A DNA stretch of 64,000 bases from Candidatus Roizmanbacteria bacterium RIFCSPHIGHO2_02_FULL_40_13b. Lineage in GTDB: Bacteria > Patescibacteriota > Microgenomatia > UBA1406 > HO2-37-13b. The translations under genes and the position numbers were made by a program. The stretch's first letter is position 1, and every line of letters begins with the position of its first letter. The notes under the pieces are model-generated. The model had not been told where the DNA came from and did not search any database. It saw nothing but the letters and a program-made list of their open reading frames with translations. Location: the NCBI GenBank assembly GCA_001789445.1, contig MFZQ01000003.1, positions 2,796-66,795 of the forward strand. Direction: 5' to 3'. Positions 45,279-54,941 of this stretch are shown here, one piece after another.

Positions 45279-45462
45279 CTGGTAGTAATTCCTCCTTGAT
45301 CACCGTTGATCAACGTGTAGTATAGCAAAAAGGTTGCAAAAAAACAACCCAACTTGTAATTGTGCCTAAAACGTGCTATACTATGGGTTAGGTTTTATGC
45401 GAAAAGTCGGAGTTTTGTCGTTTGCATGACAAAAACAAACGATTTTTCACGCACTTTTAAAT

Positions 45463-45475
45463 ATTGGTTTTAGGA
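45463..45475. repeat. Left arm of the 13-bp inverted repeat flanking the high-GC cassette
   Basis: attggttttagga is the exact reverse complement of 46561-46573. Confidence 0.6.
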
Positions 45476-45581
45476 ACTGTATATCCGGGACTGATTATTT
45501 GTCATCTCGATATGATGAATAGCCAGTCCTGGATATGCACACTCGGTGCAGATCTATATAAACGGACAGAAAGGTTACACC

Positions 45582-46538
45582 ATGAACGTGCGCTTTTTTC
45601 GCGCGATCTCGGTCGTTGTCCTTGCCGGGTTTCTTGCGCTTGTCGCAACTGGCTTTGGTACCGCTACCGCGTACGCGCAGTCCTCCCCACAGTGCCCGCG
45701 CGTCGAGCATCGATCCGACCCGTTCAGCCCGCTAAAAACAACTAGCGGATGCACTATCGTCGGCGTACTCAATTCGATCTCAGCGCATAGCGTGTACCAT
45801 CCACCGGACCGTGCAACGCACCTTGTCGTTCAAGAACACTCAGGTATTTGGAGATTGCTTGCTCCCGTGCATCTACGCACGGTCGACTTCTCTCGAGGGT
45901 TTCTGAACTGGGGAGACAAAGGAGTCGAGGTTCTAGCGCTCAACTGTGCAACTGGTCCACAATTCGACCGCGATTTTACCTTACGTTTTGTGGGCAGCAG
46001 CGACCTTTGGGTCGATGCAGAGCAGGAGCCACACGGCTTAAATCGTAATACCGGTCCTGCCAACGGGAATATAGTCGTAAGTCCCAACTGCGTCAGCGTA
46101 GGAGATGCGGTGTCGCCCAATTTGACGCCCGTACCTACCCCCACGCCACCGGACCTCGACCACTTCAAAGGCGAACTGCTACTTATTTACAGCCCCGCCT
46201 GCGTAATGTGCAGATGTCCTGTACAAGTGGCTGTCGTCAGGAATCCGCCGATTGCACTCCGGTTCGGCTCGAACATTGAGATCCACGGTGGATACACTTG
46301 TCCGGATAGTGTACTAGCGGAAGCAGCCTGGCTCGTTCGGAATGGCGCCTACCCGGTTGCTCCGGAGATGTTGGTGAGGTTCTTGCCAACCTACACACCC
46401 GCTCCTAGCACCACGACGACCGCAACAAGTACACGAACACCAACTCGGGCGCCAACCCAAACGTCCACCAGAACATCAACACCGGCGCCGACAACGCAGC
46501 TGTTAAAGCACATCTTCCTACCACAGCTAGACGACTAG
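45582..46538 (+). CDS. High-GC secreted protein with Thr/Pro-rich tail
   Basis: Signal peptide MNVRFFRAISVVVLAGFLALVATGFGTATAYA. About 58 % GC in a counted 60-nt sample versus about 38 % in the flanks. C-terminal TTTTATSTRTPTRAPTQTSTRTSTPAPT. Confidence 0.6.
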   Translation: MNVRFFRAISVVVLAGFLALVATGFGTATAYAQSSPQCPRVEHRSDPFSPLKTTSGCTIVGVLNSISAHSVYHPPDRATHLVVQEHSGIWRLLAPVHLRTVDFSRGFLNWGDKGVEVLALNCATGPQFDRDFTLRFVGSSDLWVDAEQEPHGLNRNTGPANGNIVVSPNCVSVGDAVSPNLTPVPTPTPPDLDHFKGELLLIYSPACVMCRCPVQVAVVRNPPIALRFGSNIEIHGGYTCPDSVLAEAAWLVRNGAYPVAPEMLVRFLPTYTPAPSTTTTATSTRTPTRAPTQTSTRTSTPAPTTQLLKHIFLPQLDD

Positions 46539-46560
46539 CACCTGCCGCCGAGCGCACCAA

Positions 46561-46573
46561 TCCTAAAACCAAT
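46561..46573. repeat. Right arm of the 13-bp inverted repeat flanking the high-GC cassette
   Basis: tcctaaaaccaat. Confidence 0.6.
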
Positions 46574-46598
46574 CAAAACCCCGAGACCGGGATACAAT

Positions 46599-46644
46599 GG
46601 CTGAAGAAGGTCTCGATCGAACCCATCGATCAAATTCTTCAGCC
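46599..46644. terminator. 10-bp-stem hairpin between convergent genes
   Basis: ggctgaagaa ... ttcttcagcc with a 26-nt loop, between ORF 45582..46538 (+) and 46658..46972 (-). Confidence 0.4.
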
Positions 46645-46657
46645 GCAGTACCTATTC

Positions 46658-46972
46658 TTATGAATTCTTTACAAAGCGAATTTGGAGTGTAGTATCAAGT
46701 GCTTGCGCAAACTTTTTCAAAAAATTAAGAGAAGGATTTGCATTACCTGACTCTAGACGCGAAATTACAGACTGTTTTGTCCCAATCTTTTCAGCAAGAT
46801 TTTTTTGGGTAATTTTCTTTTTAGAACGAGCCTCAATCATTGCTTGGATTACTGCAAATTCAGGTTGTTGTCTGTCAAACTCTGCTTTGAAAGCTGGGTT
46901 TTTAAGCTTCTCTTTTAAATATTCATCAAAGTCAAGATGATGCCTATCTTTTGGTAAAATATATTTATTCAT
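46658..46972 (-). CDS. higA: XRE-family HTH antitoxin (HigA-like)
   Basis: ITQKNLAEKIGTKQSVISRLESGNANPSL HTH, downstream of a RelE/Gp49-like gene. Confidence 0.8.
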   Translation of the reverse strand: MNKYILPKDRHHLDFDEYLKEKLKNPAFKAEFDRQQPEFAVIQAMIEARSKKKITQKNLAEKIGTKQSVISRLESGNANPSLNFLKKFAQALDTTLQIRFVKNS

Positions 46973-46984
46973 ATAACATATATG

Positions 46985-47317
46985 TTATATAATTTGTTTT
47001 AATCTTTCAAGCCCTATTTTTATTTCTTTTAGGGGAGTTTTCTGAGTTTTCTTCTTGAAGGCATGAATTACATAAAACGTATTTGCTACGTTAGTGTAGA
47101 AAACTCTGACGGACTCCTTTCCGAGAACACGGAGTTCAAATATATTTGATGTTATTTTCTTTGCATAAGGCATCCGAAGATATGGACCCCTTACTTTTAG
47201 AGCTGTAATTAGATGAAGGATTTTGGAAGTTGTTTTCATATTTTGTTTGTCAATAAAATCTTGTACTGGATAATCTCCCCTTTTATTTTGAAAAAATTTA
47301 ATAGGATAGTAATCCAT
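46985..47317 (-). CDS. higB: RelE/HigB (Gp49-like) toxin
   Basis: IFELRVLGKESVRVFYTNVANTFYVIHAFKKKTQKTP. Start moved to MDYYPIKF. Confidence 0.75.
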   Translation of the reverse strand: MDYYPIKFFQNKRGDYPVQDFIDKQNMKTTSKILHLITALKVRGPYLRMPYAKKITSNIFELRVLGKESVRVFYTNVANTFYVIHAFKKKTQKTPLKEIKIGLERLKQII

Positions 47318-47318
47318 A

Positions 47319-48839
47319 CTATTCTTCTTTCGCCCTGTATTGGAGCGCTTCAGAAACATGCGCAACACTTACGGAGTTACTTTTTTCCAAATCCGCAATC
47401 GTTTGTGAAATTTTGATGATTTTGAAGTATGATCGGGCAGAGAGGGAGAGGCGCGAGATCGCTTGTTTGAGGAGTGCCTGTGCATCAGGATCTATCATAC
47501 AAAACTCCCTAATTTGGGAAGCTGTCATTTCACTATTTGTTCTAATTTTTGCTTCACTAAATCTCTCCTCTTGGCGCGCACGCGCTTCATGTACTTTGAT
47601 TCGAATAGACTCGCTCGTTTCTGCATTTGCAGCATTTGTAAGTGCCTCTTCATCAACCGGGTCAACGGTAACATGAATATCGATTCTGTCAAGAATTGGC
47701 CCAGACACTTTTTTCTTATACAGAGAAATTTGCGCATAACTACAATGGCACGCCCGTTTCGGATGACCTAGGTATCCGCATGGGCACGGGTTTGATGCGG
47801 CAAGAAGTAAGAATCTGGACGGAAAAATAATTGATCCAGAAACCCGGGCAACAGAGATAATTCCATCCTCCAGAGGTTGCCGAAGCGCCTCAATTACATG
47901 GCGGGGAAATTCTGGAAATTCATCTAGAAAGAGAGCTCCGCGGTGGGCAAGGGATATTTCACCTGGAGTAAGCTTGGTTCCACCCCCGATGAGAGCGGCT
48001 CTTGAAATAGTGTGATGCGGGGCTCGAAATGGTCGCGTCAAACAAACTCCAGCGCTTGTCGTAATCCCAGCAATAGAATATATTTTTGAAACTTCAATAA
48101 TTTCTTCTGTATCCATTGACGGTAATATTGAAGGAAATGCCCGAGCAAGGAGCGTTTTCCCCGCACCTGGTGGACCTTTGAGATGGACATTGTGGAAACC
48201 TGCGGCCGCAATGAGAAGGGCCCGTTTTGCATAGTCTTGCCCGTATACGGTACTAAAATCAAAATCATATATGATGTCTGGAACTAGTTTTTCTACTGAA
48301 ATATGAGAAAGTGGTTCAATCGATTTGACTTGATTTATATGTAAAATTAAGTCAGTCAACTTTTCAACAGGATATACCGTAACTCCTAAAACCATCGCCG
48401 CTTCTTGCGCATTTTTAGTTGGAACGAAAATATTCTTTACTTTTTGGTTTCTGGCAAGAATTGTAATAGGGAGAATCCCCGGCACTGGTTGGATTTTACC
48501 ATCAAGCGAAAGTTCGCCAACAAATAAACTGTTTTCAACAAACGTATTGTCAATTATTTTAGATGAGGCAAGAATTCCAACCGCAATAGGTAAGTCAAAA
48601 AGAGAACCTTCTTTTGGAATATCAGCTGGCGCCAGGTTTACAACTATCCGAGATTCTGGCATATCGTATCCAGAGTTATGAATTGCAGTTTTTACTCGCT
48701 CTTTTGACTCGTCAATTGCTTTACTTGGAAGGCCAACAATATTAAATGTTGGAAGTCCCCTCGAGGCCACATCAACCTCAACTTTTATACACACCCCATC
48801 GAGTCCAACCGTTGTTGCTGATAGTATGGTGGTTAACAT
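47319..48839 (-). CDS. comM: YifB/ComM Mg-chelatase-like AAA ATPase
   Basis: Lon-like N-domain, Walker A GPPGAGKT, and the C-terminal ChlI region. Confidence 0.9.
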   Translation of the reverse strand: MLTTILSATTVGLDGVCIKVEVDVASRGLPTFNIVGLPSKAIDESKERVKTAIHNSGYDMPESRIVVNLAPADIPKEGSLFDLPIAVGILASSKIIDNTFVENSLFVGELSLDGKIQPVPGILPITILARNQKVKNIFVPTKNAQEAAMVLGVTVYPVEKLTDLILHINQVKSIEPLSHISVEKLVPDIIYDFDFSTVYGQDYAKRALLIAAAGFHNVHLKGPPGAGKTLLARAFPSILPSMDTEEIIEVSKIYSIAGITTSAGVCLTRPFRAPHHTISRAALIGGGTKLTPGEISLAHRGALFLDEFPEFPRHVIEALRQPLEDGIISVARVSGSIIFPSRFLLLAASNPCPCGYLGHPKRACHCSYAQISLYKKKVSGPILDRIDIHVTVDPVDEEALTNAANAETSESIRIKVHEARARQEERFSEAKIRTNSEMTASQIREFCMIDPDAQALLKQAISRLSLSARSYFKIIKISQTIADLEKSNSVSVAHVSEALQYRAKEE

Positions 48840-48840
48840 C

Positions 48841-51018
48841 TTAATTGGTATGTTTGGATCGAGGAATCATTCTGATTGAATCACTGCCCTCAAAACTCAT
48901 GCCATCTTTCATTTTTCCTGTTAATGTTCCTTTATTAGAGGAACACTGGAGCCGAATATCTTTCATTAGAAAAAAGAAGACAGCATCTGACTTGCCGTCT
49001 TTATTCACGTCTTGTGTTAGATGGTATGGCTGTTTTGTTAGTGGGTTTCTCAAAAATGTTTTACCTCCCTCAAATAAAACCGTTGTATCATTAACCTGTG
49101 TTGCGTCAAATGTAATTGATGAAAGTAGTGCCACAGGCACCATTGATATTTGACTCTTACAAAAACCAATATTTAGATTTGCATATGGATCTATATCTAC
49201 ATGTGCTCCAATCTTTAGCTGGTCAACAGATGGATTTGGATCATAGATAAATGAATAACTAGTCGTTATTTTTTTTTGGTTTTTATTCTGTGTTTCATAC
49301 AATTTAAACTTAAGACCACCTTCTTTATTTGATGCATACACCGCAAATGGAATTGCAGAATTCGAGGATGTAATTGTAACTTTATATGTACCGCTCATTG
49401 GGGTTCCAACGGTAATCTTGTTAGAGCCAGTAGGAGTCTGTGCATTTGATACATATGCATTGGGAATTTCATCTGTTTTTCTACCAATTGGATCGATAAT
49501 AGTTATGGTACTTGGAGATTTTGTTACAAACTCTAGAAGACTGAAGTCACTTGAGGTTTTCTTAAACCGGCGTACAGCATAGGACACATTGGTATAAGGA
49601 GGCGTGTTAAGTCTATCGATATTTAGTAAAGGATCATTAATTACAAATGTATCCTGGTCGGTACCTGTGGCGATAGCCCAATGTTCATTCTGTTTAACTT
49701 TGAGAATGACTGGATTATTATTCTTAATATCATCTGTTACCTCCTCGGGACTCCATTGAGTATCTTGTGCAGAGTTAAGTGACACTATTTTTTGTGTCCC
49801 AAAAACTCTATTTACTTCAGCTGAATATCGATCAGCGGCTGACCATACCACATCACCGAAAGAATATCCCTGACTAATACAACCTGATGAGACGCATTGT
49901 GTATTTTTATTGAAGTAATTATTTAATGTTGCTGGGGATGTTGCGTTGCCTTCTGGATCTTTTGTTATTCCATGATAATTGAGCATCATGGCAAGTGATG
50001 TTACTGCACATCCACATTCTCCAATTGTTTTGCCACATGCCAGTTGTTGACTTTTGGCATGGTCATATTCAGTATTCGCCCACCTCACATCAGTTTGTTT
50101 TAAAAGTGGGACATGTAGTGTAAAAGGTGGCGGAATATCCGGTTTAAAAACCACAATACGGTTATTGCGTGTGTCGGCTACATATACTGATCCGTCTAAG
50201 CTTACCCCTGTTCCGTGCGGAGTATTAAGGATTCCTTCTCCGAATGTTGTAATTAATTGTCCATCTTTGGTATATTTTTCAACACGCCCCTTGTTTGTAT
50301 TCGTAACAAAAACATCATCTCGGTGATCAATAAATATATCCTGGGCCCAAGTAAATTCTCCCCATTGGGCAACTCGAACGCCTTGTGGGGAGAATTTAAC
50401 AACGTGGTCATCCGCAATTACATAGATGTATCCTGCCGAGTCAACCCGAACCGCTTCAAGTGTTCCTCCTATATTAAGTATTCCGTTATCCCCCCATGCT
50501 ATAACTGGTCTACCATCAGGATAGAATTTGTATAAATTATTTACTGCATGCACTGCATATACAAAATTATCGGGACCAACCGCAATTCCAATACCACGAG
50601 GCAGTAATGAGTTATCCCCCCAAGAAGTGATAAATTCTCCGTCTTTAGTAAGTTTTACAATCCTAAATTTATTTGTATCTGCAATATAGATATTATTGAA
50701 ACTATCTTGTGCAATTTTTTCGGGGGCAGTAAATCCACCCCATGTGGCCAAATGAACTCCTTGTTTTGTAAATACTTGGATTCTATTGTTCACGTTTTCT
50801 GCAACCAAAACTCTTCCTAGGTGATCAACGAATGCATCAACCGGGTAGTTCAATTGTCCGTCAGCATCTCCAAGCGTTCCCCAGGAATCTGTCATTGAAT
50901 AGGAGGTATACGATGCGGCAAGTACTCGGCCTGAGTTTACAAAGATAAAAAGAGCAAATAACACGGAAATAATTGTTATGGAAACATTAAATAATCTATT
51001 CATGGGGGCATGATACAT
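48841..51018 (-). CDS. Secreted NHL-repeat protein with papain/C39-like Cys domain
   Basis: Signal peptide, repeated NNRI/NKFRIVK NHL-like blades, and CGCAVTSLAMMLNYHG. Confidence 0.6.
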   Translation of the reverse strand: MYHAPMNRLFNVSITIISVLFALFIFVNSGRVLAASYTSYSMTDSWGTLGDADGQLNYPVDAFVDHLGRVLVAENVNNRIQVFTKQGVHLATWGGFTAPEKIAQDSFNNIYIADTNKFRIVKLTKDGEFITSWGDNSLLPRGIGIAVGPDNFVYAVHAVNNLYKFYPDGRPVIAWGDNGILNIGGTLEAVRVDSAGYIYVIADDHVVKFSPQGVRVAQWGEFTWAQDIFIDHRDDVFVTNTNKGRVEKYTKDGQLITTFGEGILNTPHGTGVSLDGSVYVADTRNNRIVVFKPDIPPPFTLHVPLLKQTDVRWANTEYDHAKSQQLACGKTIGECGCAVTSLAMMLNYHGITKDPEGNATSPATLNNYFNKNTQCVSSGCISQGYSFGDVVWSAADRYSAEVNRVFGTQKIVSLNSAQDTQWSPEEVTDDIKNNNPVILKVKQNEHWAIATGTDQDTFVINDPLLNIDRLNTPPYTNVSYAVRRFKKTSSDFSLLEFVTKSPSTITIIDPIGRKTDEIPNAYVSNAQTPTGSNKITVGTPMSGTYKVTITSSNSAIPFAVYASNKEGGLKFKLYETQNKNQKKITTSYSFIYDPNPSVDQLKIGAHVDIDPYANLNIGFCKSQISMVPVALLSSITFDATQVNDTTVLFEGGKTFLRNPLTKQPYHLTQDVNKDGKSDAVFFFLMKDIRLQCSSNKGTLTGKMKDGMSFEGSDSIRMIPRSKHTN

Positions 51019-51084
51019 CCCCCATTTAGTTTCGTACAGGGTATATAGTCAACAGAAGACCTCTTTTAGACTATCATAACAGCA

Positions 51085-51330
51085 TTATTTCTTTCTTGTC
51101 TTAGTTATTTTTCTAGCCTTTGTTTTTCTACCAGTTTTTTTTGTTTTTGATGCCTTCATCATTTTTTTCTCCATCGCAACTGCTTGCTTTTTCATTCTTG
51201 AAACTGCTCGAATAGTTTTTGTACGATTAGATTTTTTACTGAAAAATGATGCCGTTATAACCGCGGCGGTTCCCGCAAGTGTTGCCATAACAATTCCTAA
51301 AAGTCCACCTTTTTTTGACGCCATAATCAC
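51085..51330 (-). CDS. Small basic membrane-anchored protein
   Basis: One TM span plus a Lys/Arg-rich tail. Confidence 0.4.
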   Translation of the reverse strand: MIMASKKGGLLGIVMATLAGTAAVITASFFSKKSNRTKTIRAVSRMKKQAVAMEKKMMKASKTKKTGRKTKARKITKTRKK

Positions 51331-51352
51331 TTACACCTCCTTTTATGTAACT

Positions 51353-51406
51353 TTAAATTGCTAAATTGCTTTTCAACAATTTAATAATTTAACAGTTTAA
51401 CAATTG
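51353..51406. repeat. Octamer array, two forward and four inverted units
   Basis: ttaaattg ctaaattg cttttc aacaattt aataattt aacagttt aacaattg. Confidence 0.7.
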
Positions 51407-51422
51407 GTCCTCTATAATTATC

Positions 51423-52148
51423 TTACACATAAACCCTCGCAATAGTCAATGCACAAACTTTTTTTGCACCATTTTGTTTTAACAAGAGAGTTATTTCTTT
51501 TATTGTCGATCCCGTTGTCCATACATCATCACAAATAATAAAACTGCGATCTTTCACATTCTCCGATATTTCAAACGCGCCTTTTACATTTTCCATTCGC
51601 GCACGCGGAGATTTCATATGAGCCTGTGGATCGGTATGTTTCGTTCTCATAACAAGATTATTTTTTATTTCGATGCCGAGTTTTTGTGCGATTATCGAAA
51701 AAATATATTCTGATTGATTAAAACCACGCATTGCTTTTCTTTTTTCATGAAGTGGAACAGGAATCAAAATTACTCCTGGAAAAAGATTGCAAAAATCTGT
51801 TATTTTTTTGAATGATTCTATATTTATTGTTGCCACAAGATCGTCAATCGATTCTGAAACTAATTGATATTTTATTTTAGTAATTATTTTCTTTGCAAGT
51901 CCTTCATATACAAAAAAACTTTTCAGTCCGTCAATGGAATACCTTTTTTTACAATTGTTATGGGTAAGTCCGAAGTAACTTGCTTTTTCACAAATTGCAC
52001 AAATGTCGCGGTCAATTATCTGAAGTTTACTCGTACATTCAGGACACAAGTATGTTCCAACGCGACCACATCCAAAACAGAATTTTGGGAAAAAAACATT
52101 CTTTAAGAATTCAGTAAAATTTACTTTCTTACTTTTATTAGTCGCCAT
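51423..52148 (-). CDS. comF: ComF-family phosphoribosyltransferase protein
   Basis: N-terminal CxxC...CxxC zinc finger and the C-terminal PRTase motif FIICDDVWTTGST. Confidence 0.8.
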   Translation of the reverse strand: MATNKSKKVNFTEFLKNVFFPKFCFGCGRVGTYLCPECTSKLQIIDRDICAICEKASYFGLTHNNCKKRYSIDGLKSFFVYEGLAKKIITKIKYQLVSESIDDLVATINIESFKKITDFCNLFPGVILIPVPLHEKRKAMRGFNQSEYIFSIIAQKLGIEIKNNLVMRTKHTDPQAHMKSPRARMENVKGAFEISENVKDRSFIICDDVWTTGSTIKEITLLLKQNGAKKVCALTIARVYV

Positions 52149-53548
52149 ATACCGTAGAATGCAAAAAGTGTGGGAAGAGACAAAACAGCCGCATATTTTA
52201 TGCCATCACGACCACTGTCTGAAAGCTGTTTGAGCGGATGTACTACGAGTTCACGAGTTCGAATTCCAGAAAGTGCGCCACCCAGTGCATATTCATTAAT
52301 CACATTAATTAAAAAATTAACATTATTACTATTTTTTGTAATAAATTGTTCTCGTACAAAACGAGATGTTGGAATTACCATGATTTTTGTGCCATTTGTA
52401 AATTGTTTTTCTACAATTAATGTTTGAGCTTCTTGTTCACTTTTTTTGGGAATTGGAATTTCATTTGGCGCTAAAAAAAACGTGTCTTTTTGAATCCATG
52501 ACGAATCTTGTGATTGGACAAGTACTTCTCCACCTTCTGTTGAGGATGCCCACGGAAAAACAAGTGATCCAATAGTAGCAAAGAGTGGGTCTTTTTTATT
52601 AAAATTTGTTGTTTTTACCCAGAGAGGATACGGGGCAAAAAATGACGTTGCGTTTGTAGAAAAATTTGCAACATCAGAAACAGTCGATACGACTAAATCT
52701 TTATGTAGCGTTATTCCATATTTTGAAAGTAAGTCGAAAAGGCCGTGGCGTGCGCCTGTAGAGCTTAATTTTTCTCCGATATCCACCCCATCAATCATAA
52801 AAATAATTGACTTCCCGGCAAGCAAATAATTTTCTATTGTTTCTTTTGTCCGATCAGAAACCTTGGCAGTATTCCCAAAAAAAATGAGAGTGTTAATATT
52901 ATTTCGAATAAGATCTGGAGCACCAACCTCATTCATATTTGGATATGCTATGTCTGTTTGTTTGGAAAGTGTCGACCGGATAGAATACACATCATCTGCG
53001 CGTGGATCGACTTTTGCATCAACTCCAATAAATGCAATTTTGCCAGCATCTTTTTGAGTTAGTTTATATATTGAGGAGGTAAGATCATACTCAAGACTTG
53101 CAATTGTGGTTGCTTGGGGAAGTACTTGTTTTTTTCCTCCCGATTCAACTTCTATTCCAAAATATGCGCCGCTTAGGGCATACTTATCCTTCTCAACTTG
53201 TTGAAATTGAAGTTCTGGAATTCCCGCGGTTTGTGCTTTCTTTTTAGACTTCGCATCTTTTTTTGGGTCCAAAAATTCTACTTTTATTTTTCGTCCACTA
53301 ATCCCTCGATATTCATTAACTAAATCCTTCACGTCATTTTTGAGCGGAATGAGCCGCGGTGGAATGTCTGAAGAAATAAAAACAGAAATTATTACTTTTG
53401 TATCAATTTGCTTAATAATTTTTTTACTCGCACTCGATAACGTTTGTGATTGATTTGGGGAAAGGTCAAGTCGAATTGGAAAAAACCACAAGATGAAAGC
53501 GGCGAGAATAAGAGCATGTTTAATTGTAATCTTGTTAAATTGTTTCAT
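52121..53548 (-). CDS. GldG-like auxiliary component of an ABC-2 transporter
   Basis: N- and C-terminal TM anchors. Last gene of an ABC ATPase/permease operon. Confidence 0.6.
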   Translation of the reverse strand: MKQFNKITIKHALILAAFILWFFPIRLDLSPNQSQTLSSASKKIIKQIDTKVIISVFISSDIPPRLIPLKNDVKDLVNEYRGISGRKIKVEFLDPKKDAKSKKKAQTAGIPELQFQQVEKDKYALSGAYFGIEVESGGKKQVLPQATTIASLEYDLTSSIYKLTQKDAGKIAFIGVDAKVDPRADDVYSIRSTLSKQTDIAYPNMNEVGAPDLIRNNINTLIFFGNTAKVSDRTKETIENYLLAGKSIIFMIDGVDIGEKLSSTGARHGLFDLLSKYGITLHKDLVVSTVSDVANFSTNATSFFAPYPLWVKTTNFNKKDPLFATIGSLVFPWASSTEGGEVLVQSQDSSWIQKDTFFLAPNEIPIPKKSEQEAQTLIVEKQFTNGTKIMVIPTSRFVREQFITKNSNNVNFLINVINEYALGGALSGIRTRELVVHPLKQLSDSGRDGIKYAAVLSLPTLFAFYGIWRLIKVRK

Positions 53549-54222
53549 AGTCTCTTTAACTTTTTAATTGCAGCCACTTGTAAAAGAGTTGTAAGAACAG
53601 TGAAGTATATCAATGCTCGAGTATCTAGGAGCCCCCGTTGAAATTGTTCATAATAGTAAATGGGGGAAATAATAAATAAGGAATCGTTAAGAATAGTTGG
53701 AATAAATAATAAAAAAATAACAACTACTGAAATTAAAAAAACGACAACTTGATTTTTGCTAAAAAGGGAAAAAAATTGGGTAATAGATAAAAATAGTATC
53801 GTTAAGAAAAAGGCGCCGAGATACTGACAAAGTAACAGACCAACGGTTACTTTCCCTAAAAAGAATAGACTTATTGGAACAGAGAGTGTTAATAAAAATG
53901 CAATCGTAAAACAAATTGAAACTGCAATAAATTTTGCTAAAACGATGATTTCTTCTTTTACTGGCAAACTTAAAAGCGTTTCGAGCGTTCCTGCTTTTTG
54001 TTCTTCAGAAAACACTCGCATCGCAAGTGCTGGCACAAAAAATAACAGTAGAAAAGGAATCATATCAAAAAAAGGTCGCATAGATGTATCATCGCGTAAA
54101 AAAACATCTTTCATAAAAAGAAAGTTTGCGATGATTGCAAACAAACATACGACTATATATCCGAGCGGGTTTTTAAAATAAAACGAGAGTTCTTTTTTTA
54201 TTAAATTGTTAAGTTGGTTCAT
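53545..54222 (-). CDS. ABC-2 type permease
   Basis: Six hydrophobic spans with SEEQKAGTLETLLSLP. Confidence 0.7.
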   Translation of the reverse strand: MNQLNNLIKKELSFYFKNPLGYIVVCLFAIIANFLFMKDVFLRDDTSMRPFFDMIPFLLLFFVPALAMRVFSEEQKAGTLETLLSLPVKEEIIVLAKFIAVSICFTIAFLLTLSVPISLFFLGKVTVGLLLCQYLGAFFLTILFLSITQFFSLFSKNQVVVFLISVVVIFLLFIPTILNDSLFIISPIYYYEQFQRGLLDTRALIYFTVLTTLLQVAAIKKLKRL

Positions 54223-54250
54223 TGTTAAATTGTTAAATTGTTAAATTGCT
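54221..54250. repeat. Octamer array in the 18-nt gap between the ABC ATPase and permease genes
   Basis: attgttaaattgttaaattgttaaattgct spans the ATPase stop codon and the permease start codon. Confidence 0.7.
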
Positions 54251-54921
54251 ATATGTTTCTTAAATAGTGCTTCGACCGCGCCTTTTTCCTTGGGTGTTTT
54301 TCCGTCGTAGACGAGCTTTCCGTGATCTATCATGAGAAGTCTCGTCGAAATATGTTCTACTTCAGAAAGGATATGTGTTGAGAGAAGAATGGTTGTATTA
54401 TGCGCTCGATTAAGAATTAGTTGTTGAATTTTTTCTTGTTCGATAGGATCAAGTCCACTTGTTGGTTCATCAAGAATAAGTAGTTTTGGATTACCGATAA
54501 GTGCGGCCGCAAGTCCTACTCGTTGTTTTATTCCGCGTGAGAGTTCTTCAATTCGAGTGTTTAAAACAGATTCGATGTTTACTTGTGAAAATAAGTCAGG
54601 GGGTAGATCTGCATTTTTCATACACGATACAAATTGTAAATACTCGAGCACTCTCATTTCTGGATACAGCGGATTATTTTCAGCCAAATAGCCAATTTGT
54701 GAAAGAGTTTCAATCCTGTCGGTTTTTGGATTTTTATAAAAAATAGAAACAGTTCCAGAAGTTGGAGATAGGTGACCAATCAAGAGACGCATTGTTGTTG
54801 TCTTTCCGGCACCATTTGGTCCGAGTAATCCAATAACTCCGTTTTCTTTTATCGAGAATGTAAGATCATCGACGGCACGTTTTGCGCCAAATTGAATAGT
54901 TACGTGATCGCATGTAATCAT
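54241..54921 (-). CDS. ABC transporter ATP-binding protein
   Basis: Walker A GPNGAGKTT, signature LSRGIKQRVGLA, Walker B LILDEPTSGLD. Confidence 0.9.
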   Translation of the reverse strand: MITCDHVTIQFGAKRAVDDLTFSIKENGVIGLLGPNGAGKTTTMRLLIGHLSPTSGTVSIFYKNPKTDRIETLSQIGYLAENNPLYPEMRVLEYLQFVSCMKNADLPPDLFSQVNIESVLNTRIEELSRGIKQRVGLAAALIGNPKLLILDEPTSGLDPIEQEKIQQLILNRAHNTTILLSTHILSEVEHISTRLLMIDHGKLVYDGKTPKEKGAVEALFKKHIAI

Positions 54922-54941
54922 GACCAGATACTATACACCAA

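Noticed and set aside
45416-45445. 7-bp-stem hairpin tcgtttg...caaacga upstream of rpsA as a regulatory RNA
   Set aside because: It is a single short hairpin with no conserved motif I can recognise and nothing to compare it with. Too weak to call.
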